Shown here piece by piece: positions 39,987 through 48,726 of a stretch of DNA of 64,000 bases. The notes below the pieces were generated by a model that saw only the letters and a list, made by a program, of their open reading frames with translations, had not been told where the DNA came from and searched no databases. A program made the translations under genes and the position numbers. Positions within the stretch are counted from its first letter, which is position 1. The number at the start of each line of letters is the position of its first letter. Origin of the DNA: Solibacillus sp. (GTDB lineage: Bacteria > Bacillota > Bacilli > Bacillales_A > Planococcaceae); NCBI GenBank assembly GCA_045617525.1, contig JAZLIT010000265.1, forward strand, positions 7,247-71,246, given 5' to 3'.

Positions 39987-42152
39987 CTACTCTTTTACAA
40001 TTACAACACCTAGCGATTCTGTTAGGAATATGTCTTGGCTATTTACCCGATTTTCGCCCTTATGATCTTCTTTGTAACGATAATTGCCATTCGAATCTTG
40101 AATACGTGCTTTTTGATTATCGCTTAATTGGTAATTCATAATTTGAAAAATACGCTTTTTAATTTCTGGTGAATAAACAGGAAATAAAATTTCAACACGT
40201 TTAACCATATTACGTGTCATCATATCTGCTGACGAAAGATAGAGACGATTTTCACCATTGTGATGGAACCAGAAAATTCGAGAATGCTCTAAAAATCTAC
40301 CCACAATACTTGTAACGGTAATATTCTCACTTATTCCTGGAATACCCGGGCGAAGACAGCAAATTCCGCGAATAATTAACTCGATTTTCACACCTACAAT
40401 TGATGCCTCATACAACTTCATCATCAAATCCTTATCAGTTAATGAATTCATTTTCGCTCGAATAAAACCATTGCCATACTCAATATGACATTGGATCTCT
40501 TGATCAATTAAACGTATAAATTCATCTCGAATATCGTATGGTGCAACAACTAGATGATGGAATTGTGGTTTTTCTGTATACCCACTTAGGTAATTAAAGA
40601 AATTCGTCGCATCTATGCCAAATTCCTTGTTTGACGTAATAATTCCCATATCAGTATAGATTTTAGCCGTCGCATCATTGTAATTTCCTGTTCCCAGATG
40701 CACAAAGCGCTCAATTTTCCCTAAACGGCGACGTACCACTAACGTAATTTTCGAATGGGTTTTTAAATTATTCATTCCGTAAATGACAAGACACCCGGCT
40801 TGCTCTAATTGTTTCGCCCAAAGTACATTATTCTCCTCATCAAATCGTGCCTTAAGCTCTACAAGGACCGTAACTTGCTTGCCGTTTTCTGCAGCCAACT
40901 TTAATGCCTGGATTATCGGCGAGTTCCCACTTACACGATATAATGTCTGCTTGATCGCTAAAACACTTGGATCAACCGCAGCCTCTGCAATAAAATCAAT
41001 AATCGGACCAAATGACTCGTAAGGATGATGGAAAAATAAATCCTGAACAAATGCTTTTTCAAAAATATTCTCATTTGATTGTAAATCCTGCGGCGGCTGA
41101 GGAATGAAGGTCTCGTATTCTAAATGCTCCCGTCCTTTTGAAATTGCCCTCACAAAGGTAAACATCGTCGTTAAATCTAACGGACCATCTATTTTAAATA
41201 CATCTGACTCTTCGATTTCAAATTCCTCTAATAAGTACTCAAGTACATCATCATTCATTTCCCCATCACGCACTTCTAAACGAGAACCGACACCCCATTT
41301 ACGTTTCTTCAATTCTTTCTCAATCTCTACAAGTAAATCTTGTGCGCCTTCTTCATGGATTGTTAAGTCGGCATTTCGCGTTAACCGGAAGGCCTGCGTA
41401 GATTTAACCCTGTACCCTAAAAACAACTTATCTACATGGCTTGAAATAACATCCTCTAACAACACGAAAACCGTTTCATTCGATTCTGATGGCACTTTTA
41501 TATAACGCTCTAATACAGATGGAACTTGTACAATTGCTACATTATCCGTCAACTCAGTATCATTGCCTTGATTTTCAAGCATCACTAATAAATTAAGTGT
41601 TTTACCTAATAAAGTTGGAAACGGTCGATACGCATCAACTGCAACTGGTGTTAATACCGGAAAAATCGTCTCTTCAAATAATTCGTTTAGAAATTGACGT
41701 TGCTCTAAATTCAAATCTTTAATATCTAGAACAAATACATTTTCCTTTGGTAGGCATTTTGAAGTTAAATGACGAAAAACCTCCGTTTGACGACGCACCA
41801 ATGCCTGCGTTCGCTCCGCAATTTTTGACAACTGCTCTTTCGGCGTTAATCCTGATTTATTTTCTGGCTTATGAAAGCCTGCCCGCAATTGATCCTGTAA
41901 ACCAGCTACCCGTACCATAAAAAATTCATCTAAATTTGAGCTAAATATGGCCAAAAACTTTAACCGTTCTAACAGTGGATTATTTTCATCCTCAGCTTCT
42001 TCAAGTACACGTTCATTAAATGCCAACCAGCTCAATTCACGGTTATTATAATATTGTGGTTTAGCAATTTCTTCTAATAAACGTTCCTTTTCAAGCGCTA
42101 AACCTGTATTGTTTATAAACTTATTAGAATCTATTTCGATATGCTCTGCCAT
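39987..42152 (-). CDS. ppk: polyphosphate kinase 1
   Basis: PPK1 hallmarks (YYNRELSWLAFNERVLEEA, FSSNLDEFFMVRV, phosphohistidine region, two PLD-like C-terminal domains HSKITLV and GRFLEHSRIF). ATG 42150-42152 (MAEHIEIDS) after GAAGGGG. The track extension to 42257 overlaps ppx and is rejected. Confidence 0.95.
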   Translation of the reverse strand: MAEHIEIDSNKFINNTGLALEKERLLEEIAKPQYYNNRELSWLAFNERVLEEAEDENNPLLERLKFLAIFSSNLDEFFMVRVAGLQDQLRAGFHKPENKSGLTPKEQLSKIAERTQALVRRQTEVFRHLTSKCLPKENVFVLDIKDLNLEQRQFLNELFEETIFPVLTPVAVDAYRPFPTLLGKTLNLLVMLENQGNDTELTDNVAIVQVPSVLERYIKVPSESNETVFVLLEDVISSHVDKLFLGYRVKSTQAFRLTRNADLTIHEEGAQDLLVEIEKELKKRKWGVGSRLEVRDGEMNDDVLEYLLEEFEIEESDVFKIDGPLDLTTMFTFVRAISKGREHLEYETFIPQPPQDLQSNENIFEKAFVQDLFFHHPYESFGPIIDFIAEAAVDPSVLAIKQTLYRVSGNSPIIQALKLAAENGKQVTVLVELKARFDEENNVLWAKQLEQAGCLVIYGMNNLKTHSKITLVVRRRLGKIERFVHLGTGNYNDATAKIYTDMGIITSNKEFGIDATNFFNYLSGYTEKPQFHHLVVAPYDIRDEFIRLIDQEIQCHIEYGNGFIRAKMNSLTDKDLMMKLYEASIVGVKIELIIRGICCLRPGIPGISENITVTSIVGRFLEHSRIFWFHHNGENRLYLSSADMMTRNMVKRVEILFPVYSPEIKKRIFQIMNYQLSDNQKARIQDSNGNYRYKEDHKGENRVNSQDIFLTESLGVVIVKE

Positions 42153-42156
42153 ATAC

Positions 42157-43704
42157 TTAAACCCCTTCATCAACAAATAAAATCTCAACCGAACTTTTAA
42201 AAACACGTTCAATATGTTTCTTTTGACGCTCTGCATAATAAATTTCCGCAACCGCACTCCGTCTAGTAATCACAATGATCCGAATATTACGGTCATTTTT
42301 ATCGATTACTATGGATTTTGCGATATTACGTTTTGAAATATTGAGTGCATATATAAATTTCAAAATAGCACCTAAGTCCTTTAATTCCCGCTGATCTTCA
42401 CGTGAAATCCAATCTTTAAATGGAATTAAAAAGCGACGGAAGTAATCTTTATTTTTATAGGAAGCTAATAACGCTAATTTAATACGATTCACATGGTTCA
42501 TTCCTGAAATTGACTGATTCGCAATTAGATAAAATGTATGTTGGCTCGAAGAATCTAGCTCAATATATTCGCCAATTGAATATAGTCTTGCCGCATACTT
42601 CAATAAGGAAAGTTGCTCCTCATTCATCCTGAAATAGTTTAATTCACAACACTGAACATAAAATTGTTCTGCTAGTATTTCGAGCGTCTGGGCTTCTACT
42701 TCTGAGCGCTCATATTCATAAGTAATTCTTTTTGCATTTTCATCAAACACACGATATTTATCAAAAGCACGTTCATCTCCCTGCAGGACACGGCTAATCA
42801 TTAAACCTTCACGCAACCCTTTTTTACTCACTTGGAATGTATTCGTCTCAACCACTTCCATCAAGCTTAAAAACACTTGAATAGCTGGCACAATAATATC
42901 TGCTCGATCTGAGGATAAACCATCTAACTGTTTTAACTGATCAAAATTCATCATTAATAAATCATATTTTAAGTCCTTCATTTCATCACGGTGCATCTCA
43001 TATTGATGCAAGCCTGATATCGGATAATCAATTTTTTGCTGATGGATTTGTGCAACATTACGTGCACTTCCCCCAATCGCAATTACAGGTAACCCTGCTT
43101 TTGATACCCAATCTAAACTTAGAAACTGTTCCTTTACATAATTCATTAATTTCTGTAATTCTTGCTCATTAATTACTGTATCTTTCACAAACTTTTGCTT
43201 TAAAGATACGGTTCCAAATGGGAAACTATGCGTTTTTTGTAGCTCTTTATTTTTAAATAATGTAATTTCAGTAGAACCCCCACCGATATCAATAGTAATT
43301 GCTGAATCAGTATCCATCGAATGTGCAACTGCGACAAAACCGAAAACTGCCTCTTCTTCTTCAGTTAATATATCTAACTGAATTCCTGTAAGTTTCTTCA
43401 TTTCGTCAATAATTTCATTCTGATTGGAAGCTTGGCGAATTGCTGCCGTAGCAACTGCCTTTATATCCGTTATAGCATAGTCATCTAATATTTCTTTGAA
43501 AGAAGTTAGCGTATCTGCTAGTACTCTAATGCCAGATTGACTCATTTCACCAGTTGGAGAAAGAAAAGTGCGCAACCTTGCGACCGTCTTAAAATTTCCA
43601 AATTCATACAAACCTTGACGATGATCATATTCATAAAGTACCAAACGTATCGTATTCGAGCCAATATCGATAATCGCTGTTCTTAATTCCTTCATACTGC
43701 TCAC
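42157..43704 (-). CDS. ppx: exopolyphosphatase (Ppx/GppA family)
   Basis: 515 aa, ASKHA-fold N-terminus AIIDIGSNTIRLVLYE and DIGGGSTE. The start could be GTG 43704 or ATG 43695. Confidence 0.92.
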   Translation of the reverse strand: MSSMKELRTAIIDIGSNTIRLVLYEYDHRQGLYEFGNFKTVARLRTFLSPTGEMSQSGIRVLADTLTSFKEILDDYAITDIKAVATAAIRQASNQNEIIDEMKKLTGIQLDILTEEEEAVFGFVAVAHSMDTDSAITIDIGGGSTEITLFKNKELQKTHSFPFGTVSLKQKFVKDTVINEQELQKLMNYVKEQFLSLDWVSKAGLPVIAIGGSARNVAQIHQQKIDYPISGLHQYEMHRDEMKDLKYDLLMMNFDQLKQLDGLSSDRADIIVPAIQVFLSLMEVVETNTFQVSKKGLREGLMISRVLQGDERAFDKYRVFDENAKRITYEYERSEVEAQTLEILAEQFYVQCCELNYFRMNEEQLSLLKYAARLYSIGEYIELDSSSQHTFYLIANQSISGMNHVNRIKLALLASYKNKDYFRRFLIPFKDWISREDQRELKDLGAILKFIYALNISKRNIAKSIVIDKNDRNIRIIVITRRSAVAEIYYAERQKKHIERVFKSSVEILFVDEGV

Positions 43705-43787
43705 TTCTTTCTATATAGAAATATTATAATAATTTTTCTAGCACGAATATTACATCAAAATTAGAAGATAATTTATCTATTTGTTGT

Positions 43788-43830
43788 AAAAAAAGCCAGA
43801 TAAATCTAATTAGAAGTATCTGGCTTTTTA
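43788..43830 (-). terminator. rho-independent terminator of cheV
   Basis: agccagata / tatctggct stem flanked by an A-run (plus) and a T-run. Confidence 0.75.
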
Positions 43831-43846
43831 ACATTTTATATAATTC

Positions 43847-44749
43847 TTATAAGATTAATTGGTCAACACGTAAAATTAGTTCTGCAATTTCTGGTTTCGA
43901 AATTTGATCTTCTGCACCAACACGATCGCCTTTATGGCGTAAGTCATCCGTAATTAAACTTGAGAATATAATTACAGGAAGTATTTGTAGTGCTTCATGT
44001 TCTTTAATTTTCTTTGTTAAATGATGACCGTCCATTTGCGGCATTTCAATATCAGTAATCACAAGTTGTACATGTTTTGAAATATTTTTATCTGCCTTCG
44101 CGATTGCTTCAAGATACTCATATGCATCTCGACCATTTTCAAAGAATTCTAGGTTACCGTAGCCAGCTTCATTCATCGTATCAAATAAAAGCTTACGTAG
44201 TAATGGCGAATCTTCAGCAATTACAATTTTCTTCTCTGAACGATCTCGCTTCCCTAATTTTTTTATAGCCTCAATATTAATACCTGATTCCGGATTAATA
44301 TCCACCATAATTCTTTCGAAGTCTAATAATAAAATCATTTGCTCATCTTGTTTAATAACCCCTATTACTTGAGATGTACCGCCTTGATACAAGTCTGAAG
44401 GCTTTTCAATTAAGTCCCAAGAAATACGGTGAATTTGCGTTACATTATCCACATGGAATACTACTCGTTGTTTATTAAATTCAGCAACAATGTATTTTTG
44501 TTGTGGGTTTCTTTCTGTAGTCGGCAAACCTAAAACCTTTAGCATATCGACAACAGGTAAAACCTCTCCTCGTAATTGAATAATCCCTTCAACGTGGGGA
44601 TGTGCGTGTGGAATAAACGTCACTGGAATTGGCTGAATAATTTCTTTAACTTTAATTACATTAATACCAAATTTATTATTACCCACTGCAAATTCAACTA
44701 TTTCAAGCTCATTTGTACCACTTTCCAATAAAATCCCTTTGTTTTCCAT
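43847..44749 (-). CDS. cheV: chemotaxis coupling protein CheV (CheW domain + receiver domain)
   Basis: From ATG 44747-44749: MENKGILLESGTNELEIVEFAVG (CheW-like), then the receiver (IVIAEDSPLLRKL, phospho-acceptor context VITDIEMPQMDG). Track start 44848 rejected. Confidence 0.92.
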   Translation of the reverse strand: MENKGILLESGTNELEIVEFAVGNNKFGINVIKVKEIIQPIPVTFIPHAHPHVEGIIQLRGEVLPVVDMLKVLGLPTTERNPQQKYIVAEFNKQRVVFHVDNVTQIHRISWDLIEKPSDLYQGGTSQVIGVIKQDEQMILLLDFERIMVDINPESGINIEAIKKLGKRDRSEKKIVIAEDSPLLRKLLFDTMNEAGYGNLEFFENGRDAYEYLEAIAKADKNISKHVQLVITDIEMPQMDGHHLTKKIKEHEALQILPVIIFSSLITDDLRHKGDRVGAEDQISKPEIAELILRVDQLIL

Positions 44750-44908
44750 GAGAAATCCACTCCCTGTTACTAATATATACTTTAATTGTAACATATTTCG
44801 TGCTAATCTCCTATAAAACCCAAAAGTGAATACCATTACAATTATCACATAAACCGAAGAGAAACATTATCCCAATAAAATGCCATCTAGGACTACTAAT
44901 TTTTACGA

Positions 44909-45772
44909 CTAAACATAATATTTAATAAGTGCCTGTGTACCTTTTTCAGCATAGCCTTGTTCAATAAGTGTATTATACAAATCTTTAGCCAAATTTAACC
45001 CCGGTAAATTTAATTGCATTCTTTCTGCCTCAGCAATTGCAATTTCAATATCTTTTAGTATGTGCTTAATATAAAATCCTGGCTCATAATCCCCTTCGAT
45101 CATACGCGGAGCAAGACTACTTAACGACCATGAACTTGCAGCCCCACTTGAAATTGATTTCAATACATCCTCCAAATTCAAGCCAGCCTTTAAACCATAG
45201 GCCATCGATTCACAAACACCAATCATATTCGATGCAATTGCAATTTGATTACACATTTTCGTATGTTGACCTGCACCTGCACTTCCTTGGTAAACAACAT
45301 TAGCTCCAAATATATTTAGAATGGGTAATACATCCTCAAAAGTTGCAAGGTCGCCACCAACCATAATTGATAATGTACCATTTCTTGCTCCAATATCTCC
45401 TCCAGAAACAGGGGCATCGATACTATGTATTTCTTTTTCCTTCGCTAACTTGTATATCTCTACTGCTAATGTTGGCTCAGATGTCGTCATATCTACAATG
45501 ATTGTCCCTTTTGTAGCTGATTTTAAAATACCCTCCTCGCCCGTATAGACTTCAAGAACATCTTGAGGATAACCTACCATCGTAAAGATCACCTCTTTAT
45601 CTACACTAGCTGCTGCAGGCGTTTCTGCCCAAATTGCGCCTAATTCAAGTAGCTCAGTCGCTTTTGACTTCGTGCGCGTATAGATTGTCACTTCTTTCCC
45701 TGCCTTTAATAAGTGTTTAACAATACTTGCTCCCATAACACCTGTCCCAATAAAACCAACTTTATTCTTCAT
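44909..45772 (-). CDS. NAD(P)-dependent beta-hydroxyacid dehydrogenase (3-hydroxyisobutyrate dehydrogenase family, YkwC-like)
   Basis: GFIGTGVMG Rossmann motif, DAPVSGG, catalytic Lys region. ATG 45770-45772 with GTGGGGTG upstream. Confidence 0.82.
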   Translation of the reverse strand: MKNKVGFIGTGVMGASIVKHLLKAGKEVTIYTRTKSKATELLELGAIWAETPAAASVDKEVIFTMVGYPQDVLEVYTGEEGILKSATKGTIIVDMTTSEPTLAVEIYKLAKEKEIHSIDAPVSGGDIGARNGTLSIMVGGDLATFEDVLPILNIFGANVVYQGSAGAGQHTKMCNQIAIASNMIGVCESMAYGLKAGLNLEDVLKSISSGAASSWSLSSLAPRMIEGDYEPGFYIKHILKDIEIAIAEAERMQLNLPGLNLAKDLYNTLIEQGYAEKGTQALIKYYV

Positions 45773-45965
45773 ATTTAGCACCCCACTTTTCTAATTGCCT
45801 TTATTTTATCAAAACTATACAGAAAAGGGGGAATTTTCTAAAGAAACAAAAAAGAGAGCAGTTAGCGATAATCGCCACTACTCTAAAGGGGGAAATGAGA
45901 ATGTTGCTGTGTTCTATCTTAATATTCCCAGTCAAATCAAAAGTTAAACCTTTTATATAAGATTT

Positions 45966-46157
45966 TTAAAAATAATTTTCACTGCTATCTATAATCGTAT
46001 CTCTCGTATTGTATGCTTTAGCTTCATATTTATTTAAAATTTGGTCTAGTTGTTCACTTAAACGCACTGTTTTTTTATCATCCAGTCCACGTTGTATACC
46101 TGACTGTATCATTTTCATTCGAATTAGTTCGATTCTTTCTTCATGTATACGATTCAT
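45966..46157 (-). CDS. Spo0E-like aspartyl-phosphate phosphatase family protein
   Basis: 63 aa two-helix protein with IELIRMKMIQSGIQRG ... VRLSEQLDQILNKY, resembling the Spo0E-family SQELDxLI motif. GGAGGG RBS. Confidence 0.6.
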   Translation of the reverse strand: MNRIHEERIELIRMKMIQSGIQRGLDDKKTVRLSEQLDQILNKYEAKAYNTRDTIIDSSENYF

Positions 46158-46250
46158 TCATTCCACCCTCCTATTGTATATTAATATATTTTTATTTATT
46201 ATACTTCTATTGTTATCAGCATTCAAACATTATTATACAATTTTTTACAA

Positions 46251-46439
46251 CTAAGATCTTGCCTCTTTAATATAAGTGAAAATAACATTTCCACCTTGTT
46301 TCGCTTCACCGCGAAAATGCTTAAATTCCGGGTGATCCACTAAAACCTTTCTAAACGCTAAAAATTCACCTTTTTCAATTTCAATTGAAGCGAGCTCACC
46401 TGCTTTTAATTTTTCAAGTATTATCATGTATTTATCCAT
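46251..46439 (-). CDS. small hypothetical protein (62 aa)
   Basis: Isolated ORF with a moderate RBS (GATGAGG). No family recognised. Confidence 0.45.
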   Translation of the reverse strand: MDKYMIILEKLKAGELASIEIEKGEFLAFRKVLVDHPEFKHFRGEAKQGGNVIFTYIKEARS

Positions 46440-46548
46440 TTTATAGCCTCATCTCATTATTAATTTATTAATTATTCAAAAAAGTCTTTACCTTTCATTT
46501 TTTTTATTGCAAACTGTTAATTATTAGTCGATGAAGGAGCGGTTGCTT

Positions 46549-46737
46549 ATGAAAATTGCTGAAGTTGGAAATATTATCGAATTTAAGGACGGTCTACAGG
46601 GCATTGTCGAAAAAGTGAACGAAAACTCCGTTATTGTGGATATTACTATGATGGATAATTTCCACGATTTAGAGTTAGAAGAAAAAACAGTCGTAAACCA
46701 TAAACGCTATAAAATTTTGAAAAATACAAATATATAA
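46549..46737 (+). CDS. YkvS-like small protein (DUF2187-like)
   Basis: ATG 46549 (MKIAEVGNIIEFKDGLQGIVEKVNENSVIVDI) with AAGGAG 8-9 nt upstream. Recalled similarity to B. subtilis YkvS. Terminator follows. Confidence 0.6.
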   Translation: MKIAEVGNIIEFKDGLQGIVEKVNENSVIVDITMMDNFHDLELEEKTVVNHKRYKILKNTNI

Positions 46738-46744
46738 TTCGTGC

Positions 46745-46784
46745 GCCTTATTTGTCATGATTTCGTGATAAGTAAGGCTTTTTT
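46745..46784 (+). terminator. rho-independent terminator
   Basis: gccttatttgtcat / gtgataagtaaggc (with wobbles) followed by tttttt. Confidence 0.7.
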
Positions 46785-46816
46785 ATGCTAGAATGAATGC
46801 ATAAGGAGGGACTTAT

Positions 46817-47428
46817 ATGAAAAGTGAATGGAAGAACAGTTTACCCTTAATCTTATCGCTAATTTTTATATATAGCATGATGTTTTTTACATTTGAAAAT
46901 AAAGTTATTTTCTGGTATTTATATGCCTTTACTTTATTAGTTGGCATAGCCATCTCGCTCGTTTATTCAAAATATAAAGATGAGCTTCCTACATGGAATT
47001 ACTTATTATTCGGTATAGGTTATGGAACTGTTATTTACGGCGTAATAAAACTTGGCTATCTTATTTTACCTTTTATTGATGACAATGCCACAAAAGAAAT
47101 TACTAAATTTCTATCATATTATGCGCCTCAAAATATTTGGCACTATCTTCTTTTGGTATTTATCATCGTAATTGGTGAAGAAATGTTTTGGCGAGGTTTT
47201 ATTCAACAAAAATTAAAAGAATATACCAGCCCTTTATTAGCTGTAATCGTTACATCTTTACTATTCTCACTCTCACTAGCAATCAGTGGGTTTACGCCCG
47301 GTGCTCTAGCTGCTCTCGTAGTTGGACTTATTTTAGGTGCACTTTATGAATGGAAAAAGAGTCTTCCAATCATCATTATTGCACATGTAGCATTCGTTAT
47401 TTTATTATTTTTAGTATTACCTTTATAG
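46817..47428 (+). CDS. CPBP-family intramembrane glutamic endopeptidase (CAAX protease/Abi-like)
   Basis: 203 aa polytopic. Motif 1 EEMFWRGF and distal IIIAHVAF histidine motif. AAGGAGGG RBS. Confidence 0.8.
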   Translation: MKSEWKNSLPLILSLIFIYSMMFFTFENKVIFWYLYAFTLLVGIAISLVYSKYKDELPTWNYLLFGIGYGTVIYGVIKLGYLILPFIDDNATKEITKFLSYYAPQNIWHYLLLVFIIVIGEEMFWRGFIQQKLKEYTSPLLAVIVTSLLFSLSLAISGFTPGALAALVVGLILGALYEWKKSLPIIIIAHVAFVILLFLVLPL

Positions 47429-47463
47429 TATTTGTTTTGCTTCATCATAAGGAGGAACTTTCA

Positions 47464-48111
47464 TTGAAACTTAAACACCAACTTTTTACTACAACATTGC
47501 TTACAATGATTGTTTTGAGCGCGTGTAACAACGATGAGAAAGACAATTTAGCGAATAATACTCCAGAAGTAACTTCAGGCGCTGACGCTAATGGTAGTCT
47601 TCCTTCATCTACACAAGGCAATAGCGAAGAAGATCCAATTTCTTCATCTACAACATTATCTTACGAAATTGCAGAAGAAGCTTATTCGGACGAAATTATT
47701 ACAACAAAAAGCGATGAATTGAATTACACAATCTCCCTAACAGATAAGTTCGACTTAACACTTGAGGAACCTGGGAAAGATTTAGTTGTATATAAAGAAA
47801 ACGAAGCAATTACAATGCGTGTCGAAACGTTTATTAATGAAGATGAAGCTTTTGAAAACTTATTGCTAAATAGTAAAGACATGTTAAGTGCTATTTCAAC
47901 AAATGATCAATATGAAAAATTCCCTTTACCTAAACAATTCAACTTAACTACATATGCAAAAATAGAAAGTTACATTGTTGAATATGAATCAGATAAAGTC
48001 GTTCTTCTATTATTAGAAAAGGATGACCTAATTATTCGTCTTACAATATTTGATGATTACATTACGAATGTTACGGATGCATTTTTACAAATTGGTGCAA
48101 CAATCGAGTAA
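47464..48111 (+). CDS. lipoprotein of unknown function
   Basis: TTG 47464 with AAGGAGG 8 nt upstream. Signal peptide plus lipobox (M)KLKHQLFTTTLLTMIVLSAC, then a Ser/Asn/Glu-rich linker. The track start 47350 would overlap the CPBP gene and is rejected. Confidence 0.7.
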   Translation: MKLKHQLFTTTLLTMIVLSACNNDEKDNLANNTPEVTSGADANGSLPSSTQGNSEEDPISSSTTLSYEIAEEAYSDEIITTKSDELNYTISLTDKFDLTLEEPGKDLVVYKENEAITMRVETFINEDEAFENLLLNSKDMLSAISTNDQYEKFPLPKQFNLTTYAKIESYIVEYESDKVVLLLLEKDDLIIRLTIFDDYITNVTDAFLQIGATIE

Positions 48112-48141
48112 TTACTCCTTGAATCCTCCATTTGGGAAAAT

Positions 48142-48180
48142 AAAAAGAGGTGCCAAATAATTGGCACCTCTTTTTTATTT
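48142..48180. terminator. bidirectional terminator (lipoprotein gene / MarR gene)
   Basis: agaggtgccaa-ataa-ttggcacctct stem flanked by an A-run and a T-run. Confidence 0.85.
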
Positions 48181-48216
48181 CGAAAAATCGACACAACAGT
48201 GAAAATTAAAGCTCCG

Positions 48217-48663
48217 TTAATACGATAAATCTTTTATAGATAAGCCTAATTTCTTTAAAAGCTCAATTGCTGCTTCTTTTTCATCATTAGAAAGAGCACC
48301 CATCAGTTCATGTAAATTACGCTCATGCTGTGGGAAAATCTCGTCCATAAATTGTGTCCCTTGCTCAGAAATCTCTGCATAGGTAATACGACGATCGGTA
48401 GGACAAGAAATACGTGTTACTAACCCACGTTTTTCAAGCTTATCTACAACATAAGTAATTGAACCACTTGCTAATAAAATCTTGTTACCGATTTTTTGTA
48501 ATGGTTGTCTACCCTTATGATATAGTAGTTCAAGCACACCAAAATCAGTCGGATTTATACCATTCTTTTGAAAAAATGAATTCGTTGTTTCATTGATCGC
48601 CTTTTGTGCCCTTGATAATACAATAAATAACTTAAGAGATAATTTAATATCCTCATTTTCCAT
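48217..48663 (-). CDS. MarR-family transcriptional regulator (MhqR-like)
   Basis: 148 aa. LKLFIVLSRAQKAI ... FGVLELLYHKGRQPLQKIGNKILLASGSITYVVDKLEKRGLV closely parallels recalled B. subtilis MhqR (YkvE). Confidence 0.85.
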   Translation of the reverse strand: MENEDIKLSLKLFIVLSRAQKAINETTNSFFQKNGINPTDFGVLELLYHKGRQPLQKIGNKILLASGSITYVVDKLEKRGLVTRISCPTDRRITYAEISEQGTQFMDEIFPQHERNLHELMGALSNDEKEAAIELLKKLGLSIKDLSY

Positions 48664-48726
48664 AGTTAAATCATCCTTAATTCAAAATAGTTTATACCGC
48701 ATTATAGCTACTTTTAACACACTTTG

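Noticed and set aside
42153-42257. N-terminal extension of ppk in the ORF track (start 42257)
   Set aside because: It would overlap the ppx 3' end by 100 nt and has no RBS. ATG 42150-42152 is preceded by GAAGGGG and gives the canonical PPK1 N-terminus. Similar over-extensions were trimmed for cheV (44848), ykrA-like (20609), def (19048), ykuU (24597), suhB-like (8408), lrgA-like (12793), ABC-2 permease (31417), the lipoprotein (47350) and the membrane kinase (60656).
45895-45960. Possible 19-21-aa ORF M(RM)LLCSILIFPVKSKVKPFI after AGGGGGAA, between the dehydrogenase and Spo0E-like genes
   Set aside because: It has an RBS-like G-run but no recognisable promoter or terminator. It runs into the 3' end of the convergent Spo0E-like gene. 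It is too short and unremarkable to support without conservation data.
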